Notes: a model not told the origin generated them from the letters alone. 54,258 bases of DNA from Girardia tigrina (GCA_001938485.1 MQRK01203540.1:18914-73171); one strand, 5' to 3'; counted from the stretch's first letter, positions 37,634 to 50,297 are shown. A program made the numbers and translations.

Positions 37634-38605
37634 AAAATATCAAAAAATTCGAACTCCCACAAATTTTTTTATCATCAATAATTCAATAAAACAATTTTTT
37701 CATAAACTAATCACGTACACAGAATCTTTTTTTTAAAAACATTATTTGACGTTACAAATTTCATCAAAAAATTTGAATCATTATTTTTTAACATCAAAAA
37801 TTCCGTGACACAAATCAATCATAAAAAATTTACATTCAAAAAATTCATAATCATAAATTGCCCAAATTTTCCCAATCAATTTCAATTTCGACGAATTAAT
37901 TAACATAATTCGATTTTTTCTCCAAAATCATGTACGCAATTTCGATTTAATAGAAAACAATTTCAACGATAATATAAATAATGATAATAATTTAATTTAA
38001 AAAAAACAAAAAAATATAATTCAAATGTTCGAATCCCGAACAAGGATGAATGAGGAGTCAAAGTCCCAATACGCAAATTATGCGGTAGGCAAAGGAATTA
38101 AGAAATAGTTAGAAATTGTAAAGCACTGACCGATATATTTTTTGAACGATTTGTCTTTTATCACACAGTACATTGACGATTTTGTCTTTGACATAAGATC
38201 GTATTGTAGTTTAATTATACACAAAAGTCGTGAAGTATTTTAATCATTTTATGGGGTTGAAAAAATTGTAATTGTTATGACATTTCAAGTTTCAATTCCC
38301 TTTTGTTATCAAGGCCAATTAATGAGTCTCTCTCCATTTGAAAATTATTATGCTTCAGACTCTTTAAGGGTTTTGAGACACTGACACGTACTATGAGAGA
38401 CCACAACGGGTAGCGATGAAATAAAAGTCATGGATATGCTTACCATAGACCTACCATCACTGAAGTACAAAACGTCATGGATTAAACTCAGATATACACC
38501 ACGCCTTTTACGTGTATTGAATTGCTAACGCATTATGCTATGATACTGGTCTGAAAAGACTAAACGTCATCATCACTAGACGATTTAGCCATTGAAACAG
38601 GACTA

Positions 38606-38986
38606 CCGGGATTTTCCGAAAATAAGTGCACGTGCGCTTTTTTTAAGTTTTTGTTTCCAAAAATAGTCGTATGCTCCTATTTTTGGGGACAAAAAACTGA
38701 TTTTAAAAAAGCAATGAAAGATGAATGGGACAATTGGGTAAGAGAAGAAACATCAGAATTTACACTCAAAGGTTACTGAAAAGGCCTTCTTTTCTTTTTC
38801 TTTATTTAGATATTCTTTTTCCTTATTTAATATATAATTTAATTCATTTTTATATAAAGTGCAATTTCGAGGTAAAAATGGCAGTTTCCAAAAATAAGCA
38901 CATGCGCCTATTTTTTGGACAAAGTGGAACACCTAAAAACATTAAAACTAAATACAAGTGCATGCGCTTATTTACGGAAAATCCGG
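38606..38986. mobile_element. pogo/Tc2-like MITE
   Basis: Inverted ends CCGG(G)ATTTTCCGxAAATAAGxGCA; internal AAAATAAGCxCA repeats. Confidence 0.7.
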
Positions 38987-40299
38987 TTACAGTTTCTTAG
39001 ATGTGGACGTAATTATTTCCTTCCAAAATATCAAACTATCTATAATTTAAAAGAATTCTTATTTCATTTTATATTTTTTATAAGGGTACAGAAATTTAGT
39101 GTAAAAATATTTAGTAAAAAAGTTTGGTATAAAAAATGAGGTTTAAAAAACCAAGTAATTGAAATAAAATTAATCCTTCAAATTGCTCAAGTAAATAAAT
39201 TGATAGGTGATCTCACAATATTTATTTATTGAAGTGTCGGCTAATGGACCGCGTGGCAGCAGCCAGCATTTCTTAATTGAGCGGGAAATTGTCACTGGCG
39301 AATGTGATCGGTCGGTTCCAGTATCCACCGGCCGATACGCGTGCGTGCGCCGGCGCCGCAAATCGACTCACAGTGGCTCTCCAAAGTATGTTGGTCCTGT
39401 CGGCGGCATCGCGTCAGTCTGTAGTCCACTCAATGCATCCATGTGGGTTGTCCGGATGCCGATTCGCTGAACAATGCTGTGGTAGCTCTGGCCCGCTCGA
39501 TTTCATTCAATTACAATTAAAAAAATTATAAAGGGAAGCAAGAAATCGGATATTTTTGAAAAATTTATTTTCCCCGTCATTTTTACCACATTTGAATTTA
39601 TACCACGTTTAATTAATTTATTTACTTTAATTAAACAAAAGTCAGTATGAGAAAGATTTTTTAGTTTGATATCGATTATCGGATCACTACATTTATAAAA
39701 TATATTATTATCAAATTTTTGAATGACAATTTACTTTGGGGCTGTTAAATTTGAATTGATTTTTTATTTTGAACTGAATTCTTGCTTTGAATTTAAGCAT
39801 CAAAAGATGTGCCAGGAGCAGGGTAGGGAGAGGGGAGCAAGTATTACGCTCCAATAAGCGACTCTAGCTCGGAATTTCCCTTTGTTATCCGAGGATAACG
39901 ATAAGTATTCCTAATAGGAATGTTGTTTTTTTTACTACGGAATGTCTGTGAACCATTTTTATATAATCTTTTTATAAGTTTTAAAGGTGTTCATAACTCG
40001 ACTGTGCTTTGGTTTCTGTACGGGTTCAATTTTTTATTTCATTAATTAATATTAATTTTATTTACTACTTTATTCCTACAATGAACACTTGAAATAAAAT
40101 AATTATCCTAATAGAATGATAAAAATGTGATTGATTTCATAACCTAAAAATCTTACATTTAAAACTTAATAAAAAGTTAATTATGAATTGCACGGGCAAT
40201 TGTTGAGAGGCTGTCATTATTAACTATTTAATGTTTTGAAAATTAATTCGCGCAAATAGAAACTTAATCAATGCAGTCTGAAATTTTGGTCGTAAAAGC

Positions 40300-41630
40300 T
40301 CAACAGTGTATTATAAATACCACGTACAAAACCCACGCCGTGCGAGCGATTTCAGTACTGGACAGCTGTGTGCACTGACAAATTGTCATGAAGAAACCTT
40401 AGAGGTGTGTGCTTCTGCTTCCTTATATATTTTTCTGGGGTAGCCTTGAATTGACTGTAATAGACAGCGTTGATGGGGATGCCTTTATTTACGAAATGCA
40501 TGAGAATAAACCATTATGATCCCTGAAAATAAAAAGCACTATAGCTCTTCCATGAGTTGCTCCCATATGTATCTTCAAAGATTGCTTCTATCCATATAGT
40601 TATATATTGAGTGGGATTTCATCCTCCATAATTAAATTTGCAAGGAAAGTTTAACCTTGTTGGTCCCAGAGGTGTACATTGTTCTGAATGTACTCCATGC
40701 GGTTTCCCACAATTTCACCAGTCAAGAAACGATTCTGGTACCTATGAATTTCTATTTGGCGTGAGATGTACCAGGGGTGTGCATACAATTTCGTTCTGGG
40801 GGGAGGCCACGACCTTTCTGCCCCCTTATGCACGCTACTGCTAGGAGTTTATAGATCTTTTAGGAAATTAACTTTTTCGTTAACAGTCAATCGCGCATCT
40901 TCAATCATTTTGCAGGCATTACGAATATCAAGTGGTGAATATAAAGTTTCTACTTCTCTGGTAGAGTCACTAGATTGAAGTGCTAGCAATTGTTTCAATG
41001 AGTTCAACTGGTTCATCCTCAATTGATTGCTTTGACGTTTTCGAAAAAAGCATCGATTTTACGATACTCCCATGTACGCTTCTTCATTTGAAAATTCCAC
41101 TAAACCAAAGAATTTTAATTATTACTAAATTAAAACACCACTTTCATTTACTTATTTGATTATTAAACAATGTCAAAATTAATAATTAAATCCAAAATAA
41201 AATGCTATAATAATAAGAATTTAATGACAAAAGATAACATTTTAGTAATGTACACATAGACTAAAAAATATTTATGGAAGTCCTTTGGGGGGGCACCACC
41301 ATGACCCCCTTATGCACGCTACTGGGATGTACCAACATTGATATTGAAGTTCGTTGACAGCATTTCATGGTAATTCGACGCTCTTCTTGGCCCACCTACC
41401 ATTTTTTATCAACTGTGTCGAAACTTTCTTGCGGCTGACCTTCGTTTTTCTTATCGAAAACGGAGGTGCGACCACCTTTAAACTCTCTGAGTCAATATTT
41501 AACAGCTGTCAGAAATTAAGAGTCATGTAGGTAAGTTGACTGCAAAAGATCGTGGATTTCACTGCTCGTCTTCTTTTGCAAAACAAAGAGCTTGATAACG
41601 CTGCGATATTCGACGTCTGAAATCATAGTG
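40300..41630 (-). mobile_element. Decayed mariner-type element interrupted by a hAT insert
   Basis: MISDVEYRSVIK..EFKGGRTSVFD..EGQP, RFLTGE, EDEIPLNI; same family type as 9318-9610. Confidence 0.75.
40772..41324. mobile_element. Non-autonomous hAT element with 8-bp TSD
   Basis: TSD AGATGTAC/GGATGTAC; ends CAGGGGTGTGCATA / TATGCACGCTACTG; extra internal right end at 40840. Confidence 0.8.
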
Positions 41631-44480
41631 CTGACGAAAATTCAAAATGTCACAAAAATAATTTTAATGCGTTTGATAAAATAAAAAAATTACTGAAATT
41701 AAAACATTAATTTATTCAGTCACACAACAAACTAAAATTTGTTATTACAATTTTTTTACCTTAGGTCGGGTACCTATTTTATGTAATAAGTAACAATTAT
41801 CTCCAAATTTTTAAGTTATAATTGAACAGTCATTTCAGTTTAACTCTGTCGCCGTCTTTTTATTCAGCCCAAAATCAAAAGTCAAATGACTTGAAACGAT
41901 TTTAAATGGGCATTCTTCAATGAACAGAAGTAAAGCAGCTCTAACGACAGCGATGGCGACACTACAGTCATATCCTCCGCGTCCCTCGTCCGACTGAACT
42001 GTTCGCACTGTTCCTTCGAATTCGCCATTAGTGGAAGTAAAAGAAACGTAAATGTAAATAAATGCATTTATGATATTTGAAATCAGCAAAACTAAAACTC
42101 AGTTTGATTATAAAAAATGTTTTTATCTTTATTCATTTGCACTAAAACCACGTTTTAAGTGGCTTAGTCTGTGTCGACTAGTGAAGTTGCTAATGAATTA
42201 ATGGATTCATTAGAATTTCCATAGGAATCTGTACTCGATTCCACAAACGAAACATTTATCGTAAATTAACACTCCTGCTCTACCAACTCGCATAGAGATT
42301 GCTCAAAACAAAGTCAAATGCGTGGAAAATCTAAGTTTTACTTTGTGGTCGAGTGAGAAAAGTTGATTGTTTATCAAAGGGAAAAATTTTTACAAATTTT
42401 TTTTCATCATAAAACTCCAAATAAATTTTGTTTTTTTTCTAAATAAAATAAATTTCAATTTAAGGTCTCTGTTCTTTATGAGAGAAGCACATACAATCAC
42501 ATAGGAAATTATACAATTACCTTAGACATATTAGGAACTCAGTTTGCCAAAACTATTTAAGGGTACTTTTAAGAAGTGATCTATCAAAGGATGACACAGA
42601 ATGTGTAGGGATTTTATTGACAAAATTATTTCCCAGTTTCTTAAGAAAGGAATATACATGTATTATCTATCTACAAAATTATATGGTTGTTCAGCTGAAA
42701 TGCTAAGTAAACAAAAATTATATTATGATTCGATTTCCAATACTTTCCAATACAACTGATTTTTCCAATACAACTCGAATCACCTCCAGGACAATTTTCC
42801 ACCAAACCTTCGTATTTGGACATCGTTCTTAATTGATAAATTAAAATTCCTTTTGTAAACCTCTAATTATTCGAACAAATTTTAATTACAATTTTAAATT
42901 ATTTTCAAAAATATTTTAATTCATTTAAAATACATTATTTATGATTAAATAAATCTTTACTGTATATTCTACTAATAAAATATTATAACATATTTATTGA
43001 TTAAAATATATTAATTTAATTTCAAAGTTGTTATTTACATTTTAAAATTGATCGAATAATCCAATGGTTCAAAATATTTAAGATATCCATCTTCCACGTG
43101 AGGGGGCAGAAAAACAACATACCAAATACAACATACAATAAACACCATTCGAAAATATTCCTCACAAATATATATTAGACTAAAATAACAGCATTTCAAT
43201 TTTAAATTTTTATTTGAAAACATGATTCACCGTTTTTGTGGGTTCCACGACAAAACGCCGCGGACTAAACGCCGCGTAAAAAAACGCCGCAAACAAAAAC
43301 ACCGCAGGTAAAACGCCGAGGACAAAGATGCCGCCGTTTCGACGCTGGGACATTTTGATGCCAGAAATTAGGAATTTTAGGAATAAAATGAAATAATTTG
43401 TTATTAATTACGAATTTTAGGAATTAAATGAAATAATTTATTATTAATTAGGAATTTTAGGAATAAAATGAAATTATTTGTTGTATTTTATAATTATTAC
43501 TATCATTATTATATTTTTATTTTGTATTATTATAATTAGATTTACTGTTATTATTTTGATTATTTATTTATTTATTTATTTATTTTGAATTACTATTACC
43601 ATTAATAGTATCAATTTATTAATACTATTATTATTATTATATTTTTATTACTATTGTATTTTATTCAAATTAATATGAAACAATTATTATTATTAAAATT
43701 ATTATTATTTTTATTTAGCTCCTTTTCAACGAGTTTTTCCTCCCTCGCAGGGGCCCGGTCATTAAGGGGGCACGCCTGTGTCGTTTGGAAAAAGCCGTTA
43801 AAGGCTTGGTAGATAATTAATTTATTATTTTTATTTTTAGTATTATTATTATTACTAAGTATTATTATGATTATTTATTATTATAATTTATGATTATTTA
43901 TTATTATTATAATATGAAAATTATTATTATTATTTTATTAATATTCTTATTCTTTTATTAATATTCTTATTATTTTTATAATTATTATATTATACTATTT
44001 TTATTATTATAACATTATTTCATTATTATAATATTAGTATTACTTAAATTTTATTATCATATTATTATTTAAATTAATATTATTATTAAAATTATAAAAA
44101 TTATATAAAATTATAAAATAGCTTATAAATTAACATAAAAAAATCTCACCGTCAAATTTTAATTGTGATTAATAAATGACTTGGGCAATTATGCCAAGTC
44201 ATTTTATTAATCTTGAGCACTTAAGCTCAAATCAAAAATAATCAATGGGCAAATAAAGCCAAATTAATCAAATATAAAATTAATGAGGGAAATTAAGTCC
44301 AATTGTTAATAAATAAATTTTGTTTATTAATTAAAATTTTTTTATTTTTATATTAATAATAATAATTAATTCGGGTATAAATACCCCAAATTTTTAAAAT
44401 TAAATTTCACACAAAAAGCATATATAAAACACATAAAAATACGTTTTTGAAAAATACAAAAAATATTATTATTAATAGAG

Positions 44481-47208
44481 TGTAACACGCGAAAAGTTTA
44501 TTTTCAACAACTATGTTTAATTGATAATATTTAAACAAAATATTTATCAAAAAAGCATATATTAAATATTTGAAATAATCAAAATATCTAATATCCAACA
44601 CTCCCACCAGATTCGTCCACAGAAGAATCTGAATCCATAATGTAATCATTTAGATAAGACCGTCTTCGTCTTTCTCTTCTAGACCTACTGTTCAATGATT
44701 GTTCCTATTGTGTTTGATTGTCTGGTAGTGATGCAGTTTCCTCCATATTCATATAGTATGACTTGGAATTTTCAACCAAGTCAGGCTGTTTAGGTCGAAT
44801 GTCTGCGATATGTCTTGGACCACAAAATCCGTTGCAATTTACTAGATATATCCTTTGATCTATTCTTTTCACAACAACACTCTTGGCCCATTGCTGTGTA
44901 CATGGTGTACTGTTTTCCGGTTTTATCCACACTAATTGATTCTCAACATAATCTGGATTTCCACAAACGGTTCCTTTTCACTTCTTCCAATTATATCTAA
45001 CCCTATGGGCAAATAGCTATACAGCGCCGAGCTTGGTGTTTCCTTTCCTTCAGATGGCGTGTTATTATACCATCATAAGGCTTCCAAAATGTTGATATTT
45101 GATATGGACGCAATTTTTTTGATTGTTCTATGATTCCTTTTTATCATTCCGTTGCAGTTAGGTCGATTGATAGCACGATACATGACTCGAACGTTCCACT
45201 TTTCCATTAGCTTGTTGAATTCTGCCGAATGAAATGTGGTATAATTATCGATAATTAGTTCCTTGGGAGACCCGCGTTCACAGAACAAACTTGAAAATTC
45301 TGAGACAATTGACTTGACGTCTTCAGCCTTAATTAATTTCCATATAGCAAAGTGAGAAGGACCACAATCGATTACACTTCAAAATTTTTGTTGATTGTAC
45401 TTTGTAACATCCGCAGCAAGTCTTTTCCAGTTTTCGTTGACGCTCAGCCTACCGGTTTTCCATTTTACGGGTGACGGATCGATGGATTGACATTTTTGAC
45501 ATCTTGAAATCAGATCCTTGATATACGCGTTTGACACACCTATTCCTTGCTTCGCACATAGATATCGCATTCTGTTTGCGCCTAAATGACACTTATCATG
45601 AAGTTGCTGCAGCTTGAGTAGATCGTCCGTAACCGATAAAAAACAATTGCTTCTTTTTAATTGTTTTGGGATTCTTGTCAACTCGTCCGCCTTGTTATCT
45701 TCGCTATTAACAAACTCTATCTTCAACTCGATCTCATACTCCTGACACAGTTCCTTGATCATCGACAGTCTTCGTTTATTAAAAGCTCAGATTAAGCCTT
45801 GGTATTTAATTTTTCCGATCTGAGATTGTTGTGGTTACCCACGAAACTACTGAGATGATTCGGAGTCTCACTTTTCCAATTCCATTTAATCACCCAATTT
45901 TCCTTAAACTCAATTTCAAAATTATGCTTTTTTATACTAAGAAGAGGCGCATCCGATGCAGTACAACTCAAGCTACTTTCTATCCCTTTAATTTTTTCTT
46001 TGCCGAACTCAATAACACCCTTATTAATTCTCACGCCGCCAAATTTACCTATGACATCCATGCCTATTAAAATCCCTAGACCATACAGCAAATGTTCCAT
46101 GACCGAATATTCCACCCTAATGATCCCACCATTTATTGCCGCACTTCACCGGAACCCACTATAACACCCTTTCCATTTGCCAAAACCATACTTTCTCCGT
46201 CAGAAAACAACATACAATTACTAACTAACCTTTTTAAAACAACCGTTTTCGAACAACCCGAATCAATCAACGCTATGGCTGACCTGTCATTTACGGTGAT
46301 GATCATCGTCGGCAACGCCTGCAACTGTGAAGGGAGAGAGCCCGGCGCATACAAACTCCCCTGTTCGTTTCCCGACCGACAATATTTTGCGATATGACCC
46401 GGTTTCTGGCATTTGTAGCATATTGTTTGTCTGTTTGATTGCCACTGAGAACCCTTATGATGATTACTTTCCTTCGATTTGGTGAATCTCTCACGATAAA
46501 AATAGGGTCCTTTCTGAAGATTTGCTCTGGGTTTATCGAGTTCGTCCTGACCTCCGCAACTCCCTGTTTCTTTGTTGTTGTGGCCGTGTTGTATTGCTGC
46601 CATTGAAACCTGTAATAAACCCTTTTTAATCCCCAAATACCTGCGGCTATACTCGATCATTTCAGTCAGGGGTTGGTCGCCGGCCCATTCAAAATCCATC
46701 TGCAACTCGAAAGGCAGTCCAGCCTTCGTTAGATCGTCGACCTTTGTTGCTAACATTTTCACCTGAGACGCATATTTATCGATAGTCTTGCACTCGTGAT
46801 ACTGTAAGTTTATCAATTGACTGTACGCAGAACGTCTAGTCAGGCCGAACGAGTTGTTTAGTATCTTGAAGAACCGATCGCAGCCGCTTTGTGTCTTCTC
46901 GTCCGATTCCATGTATATGTTCAGTGCAACCCCCGATAGTAAAAAGGGGAGATACGGGGCTGGATCAGTAATCTCCTGGGTTTTCATGACCATTTCAAAT
47001 TTCTTCTGCCAAATCTCGATGCTGATGCTTCCATCGAATTTTTCCAAACACTCCAAAACGATTTTCCTATCATTCATTATGCCCGGATAGCTTGTAACAC
47101 GCGAAAAGTTTATTTTCAACAACTATGTTTAAATATATTTAAACAAAATATTTATCAAAAAAGCATATATTAAATATTGGAAATAATCAAAATATCTAAT
47201 ATCCAACA
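44481..47208 (-). mobile_element. Gypsy/Ty3 LTR retrotransposon lacking RT (gag-PR, RNase H end, IN)
   Basis: TG..CA LTRs 44481-44600 and 47093-47208; 5-bp TSD TAGAG; PPT at 44601-44608; knuckle CYKCQKPGHIAKYC; protease LIDSGC; RNase H end NKADELTR; IN HHCC, ADVT, IIDN. Confidence 0.96.
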
Positions 47209-47851
47209 TAGAGGAAGTTTTTAGATATAATATTTTTGGAATCCTCCATAGTTAATTATTTGTTGTATTATTTGGAAGAATTTTGTAATTCAATTGAATA
47301 AAATTTTTAAACCGAATTCCTTTGACTTATCACTATTAATAATATTTAGAAACTAATCATTGACGAGATTCATTTGAATTGAAACCTCAAGAGAGGGAAT
47401 ATCAAATTAATAAATTAATTACAAAGTTGGAAGAACCACCTGAAAAGGAGTCAGACATTCATATTTGAAAGCTTGTTTAAAGTTATTAACAAAAAATTAT
47501 TTCGAATACCCAACAAAATTATTCCATTTTTTNAATTATTTTTACGAAATAATGTTAATTAAAAAATATTAATAANTATGAAATTTTTTGAAAACACTAA
47601 AGACTGTAAGAAATTTTTATTACAATAACATAATCATATTACACAGATTGTAAATAAAAACAGTGTGCTATACCTCTTAAATAATCCACCATATTTCTCT
47701 CTTCATAGCCTTGCACAATTTTCAATAATCTACTGACGGCATCCTTATATTTTTTCCTTCCCTGTCTCGCTTCCATACCTGAAATTGCTTGTTCAAGCTT
47801 TATTTCATTTAAATTCGGCTCTTTCTTCAAATTCTCAATTAAGATTATTAT

Positions 47852-48640
47852 ACGATTAGCGTATATCCAATATTAGAATTTTCATTAGATAATTTATCGG
47901 GTTTTAATTCGCCTTTACCTTCATGTTCTTTATTCATTAATTTATCTATTGTCTCATTAGTTAGTTTTTCTAAAAATGATTTCGAATAGCCATTTTTATG
48001 CAATAGTTCTGTTAGTTTATCTATGCTTGCATCTGCTAATCGTTCCTTATTCAGAAGGTTACAAATAATTTAAATCGTCTATTTTAAAATCAATCGATAG
48101 TAAAAATTTGAATTTAAAAATCATTTCTAAATCTTACAAAATTCAAAGTATGTTCAGCAATAAATCTCGTACTCATTTGAGTTTATGTTCCAATCTGGTT
48201 TATCAATTTTCGTGTAATGGGTGCAACGCTACATACATTGGAGAGACGTCTCATCATCTCTGTAAACGGATTCAGGAGCATGGACGATTGGGTAATGGGA
48301 GTAATATTGCTGGACATATGAAGGGTTGTAAATCGGAGGTGAAAACAACTAATTTTAAGATATTGTGCAGTAATTTTAAAAATTATTGGGAAAGAGTTAC
48401 TTGTGAAGCATTATTGATTAAATTATTTACTCCGTCCATTAATGTCCAAACAAGTCTCTCTTCCAATTTATTGAAAATATTTAATTAGTTATTACGCAAG
48501 ATGTTTGCATAATCATCAATTTGCTATATATAAGACAGCGAAATTGTTGTTAATTCAGCCTGAAGATGGTGGAAAATCCACCGAAATATATTGCGACATT
48601 AAAATTTGAGTTTAATGGCGTTCTGGATTATAAAATTTTG
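47852..48640 (+). mobile_element. Penelope-like 3' fragment with inverted 5' segment
   Basis: Plus strand LVYQFSC..TYIGET..RIQEH GIY-YIG; minus strand 47852-48036 LLHKNGYSKSFLEK linker. Confidence 0.9.
48557..48595 (+). ncRNA. Minimal type I hammerhead ribozyme with intact core
   Basis: GC-CTGAAGA-T-GGTGGA-AAA-TCCACC-GAAA-TATATT-GC. Confidence 0.8.
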
Positions 48641-49433
48641 CCATTATTTTTTAAATTTCTTATTAATAACAAATTATTTCATTTAATTCCTAAAATTCTT
48701 TATTAATAATAAATTATTTCATTTTATTCCTAAAATTCCTAGTTAATAATAAATTATTTCATTTTATTCCAAAAATTCCTAATTAATATTAACTTATTTC
48801 ATTTAATTCCTAATTAATAACAAATTATTTCATTTAATTCCTAAAATTCCTAATTCATTTCAAATTATTTTGTCCGCGGCATTTTATCCGCGGTGTTTTT
48901 GTTCGCGGCGTTTTTGTACGCGACGTTTTATCCGCGGCGTTTTGTCGTGATACCCAATTCTGAAAGAACAATTACTGAAGCACTGTTAATAAAGTTTAGT
49001 AAACCTAGTTTAAAAAGTGATTCATCCAATCATATTTGAGTATTTTGACGTAACACATCGTCATGTTATGGCCATTTTATTATCTAAACAATAATTTTTT
49101 AAAAACGGTATCACAACAAAACGCTGCGGACAAAAACGCCGCAGAAATTCTGTAACTGTTTTTGTGGCATCTTCAATTCTGTATTTAAGTAAAAAATTAT
49201 TGTTTAGATAATAAAATGACCATAACATGTCGATGTGTTACGTCAAAATACTCAAATATGTTTGGATGAATCACTTTTTAAACTAGGTTTACTAAACTTT
49301 ATTAACAGTACTTCAGTAATTGTTCTTTCAGAATTGTGATCACAGTTACTAATTAAAACCCAAAAATCATTATCATATACCCTCATATGAGTTCTACGAC
49401 ATTTCACTATGTGATTCACAATTGAGCTTTAGC

Positions 49434-49990
49434 TAGAAGTGGGCCCGTTTTAAAATTTTATAAACTTTTAAACGGTCTTCGTTTAGTTTAATAATTAGAC
49501 GTGGGCACGTTTTAAAATTTTCTAAACGTTTAAACGGTCTTCGTTTAGTAAATTAAACGTTTAAAATTTTAATTATAAGCTTCATCAAAAACCAATACCT
49601 TTTCTTCAATACAATACATCTCGTTTTTAAAACTTTTTTACTCGAAAAAAATTAGAAAATCAACAAATATAATTTAAATAATTTTACGTCTAACAAAAAA
49701 AATTACTGGGAATTTTGATGCAATTCTCAAATATGATATTAATGCCACTTTTCATATTTTGTATTTATAGTCCCACGAAAAAGCTCAATAGATTGGGACA
49801 ATGTGTTCTTTACAAATGAATAGGCATTATGTAGCGTGATAAAAGTTTCAAAAAAGTATAACCCATATCGTGAGTTTTGAAATACGAACTTAAGAACTAT
49901 ACGCTCGTTTATAAATCGCTAAACGTTTAAACGTCTTAAAAATCGAAAGCGTTTAAACGGTCGTTTAAACGCAAAACGTGCCCACCTCTA
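49434..49990. mobile_element. hAT-type MITE with tandemly duplicated left end
   Basis: TIR TAGA(A/G)GTGGGC(C/A)CGTTTT; TSD GCTTTAGC/GATTTAGC; AAACGTTTAAACG subterminal repeats; second left end at 49496. Confidence 0.85.
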
Positions 49991-50297
49991 GATTTAGCTA
50001 CTTGATTGGGTAAGATCTGCAATTCTAATACGGAGATGACCATTTGTCTCTCCAGTGTACAAGGATTCACACTTGTGACATTTATATTGGTAAACTAAAT
50101 TAACTTTCATACCCAATTGTGTTTTAGATTTATTTGAAAAATAGTTAGAAATTTTATTAGTTAGAAACAATATTTTAATTATAACAATTACTGGGACCCG
50201 TTTTTCTGAAATTCGTTAAAAATCTTTGGCAGCTTCGGGGTACGGAATTTTGAAATAAAATTTCTTTGAATTAATCTCTTCATCAGTTGCATTCATA

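Larger units (their letters stand above)
43240..48955 (-). mobile_element. Mutator-like (MULE) foldback element with long modular TIRs, hosting nested Gypsy and Penelope inserts
   Basis: Inverted arrays of 14-15-bp ACAAAACGCCGCGG units and 40-bp AT-rich units at both ends; transposase C-terminus LKKE..RKKY..DYLRGIAH at 47639-47850. Confidence 0.82.

Noticed and set aside
43240-43480. Regular 14-15-bp and 40-bp repeats as a CRISPR-like array
   Set aside because: No unique spacers, mirrored at 48660-48955 as TIR modules, and the context is eukaryotic.
43750-43775. CCGGTCATTAAG as a twister ribozyme P4/L4
   Set aside because: Lacks the AAGC and the pseudoknot partners needed for a twister fold.
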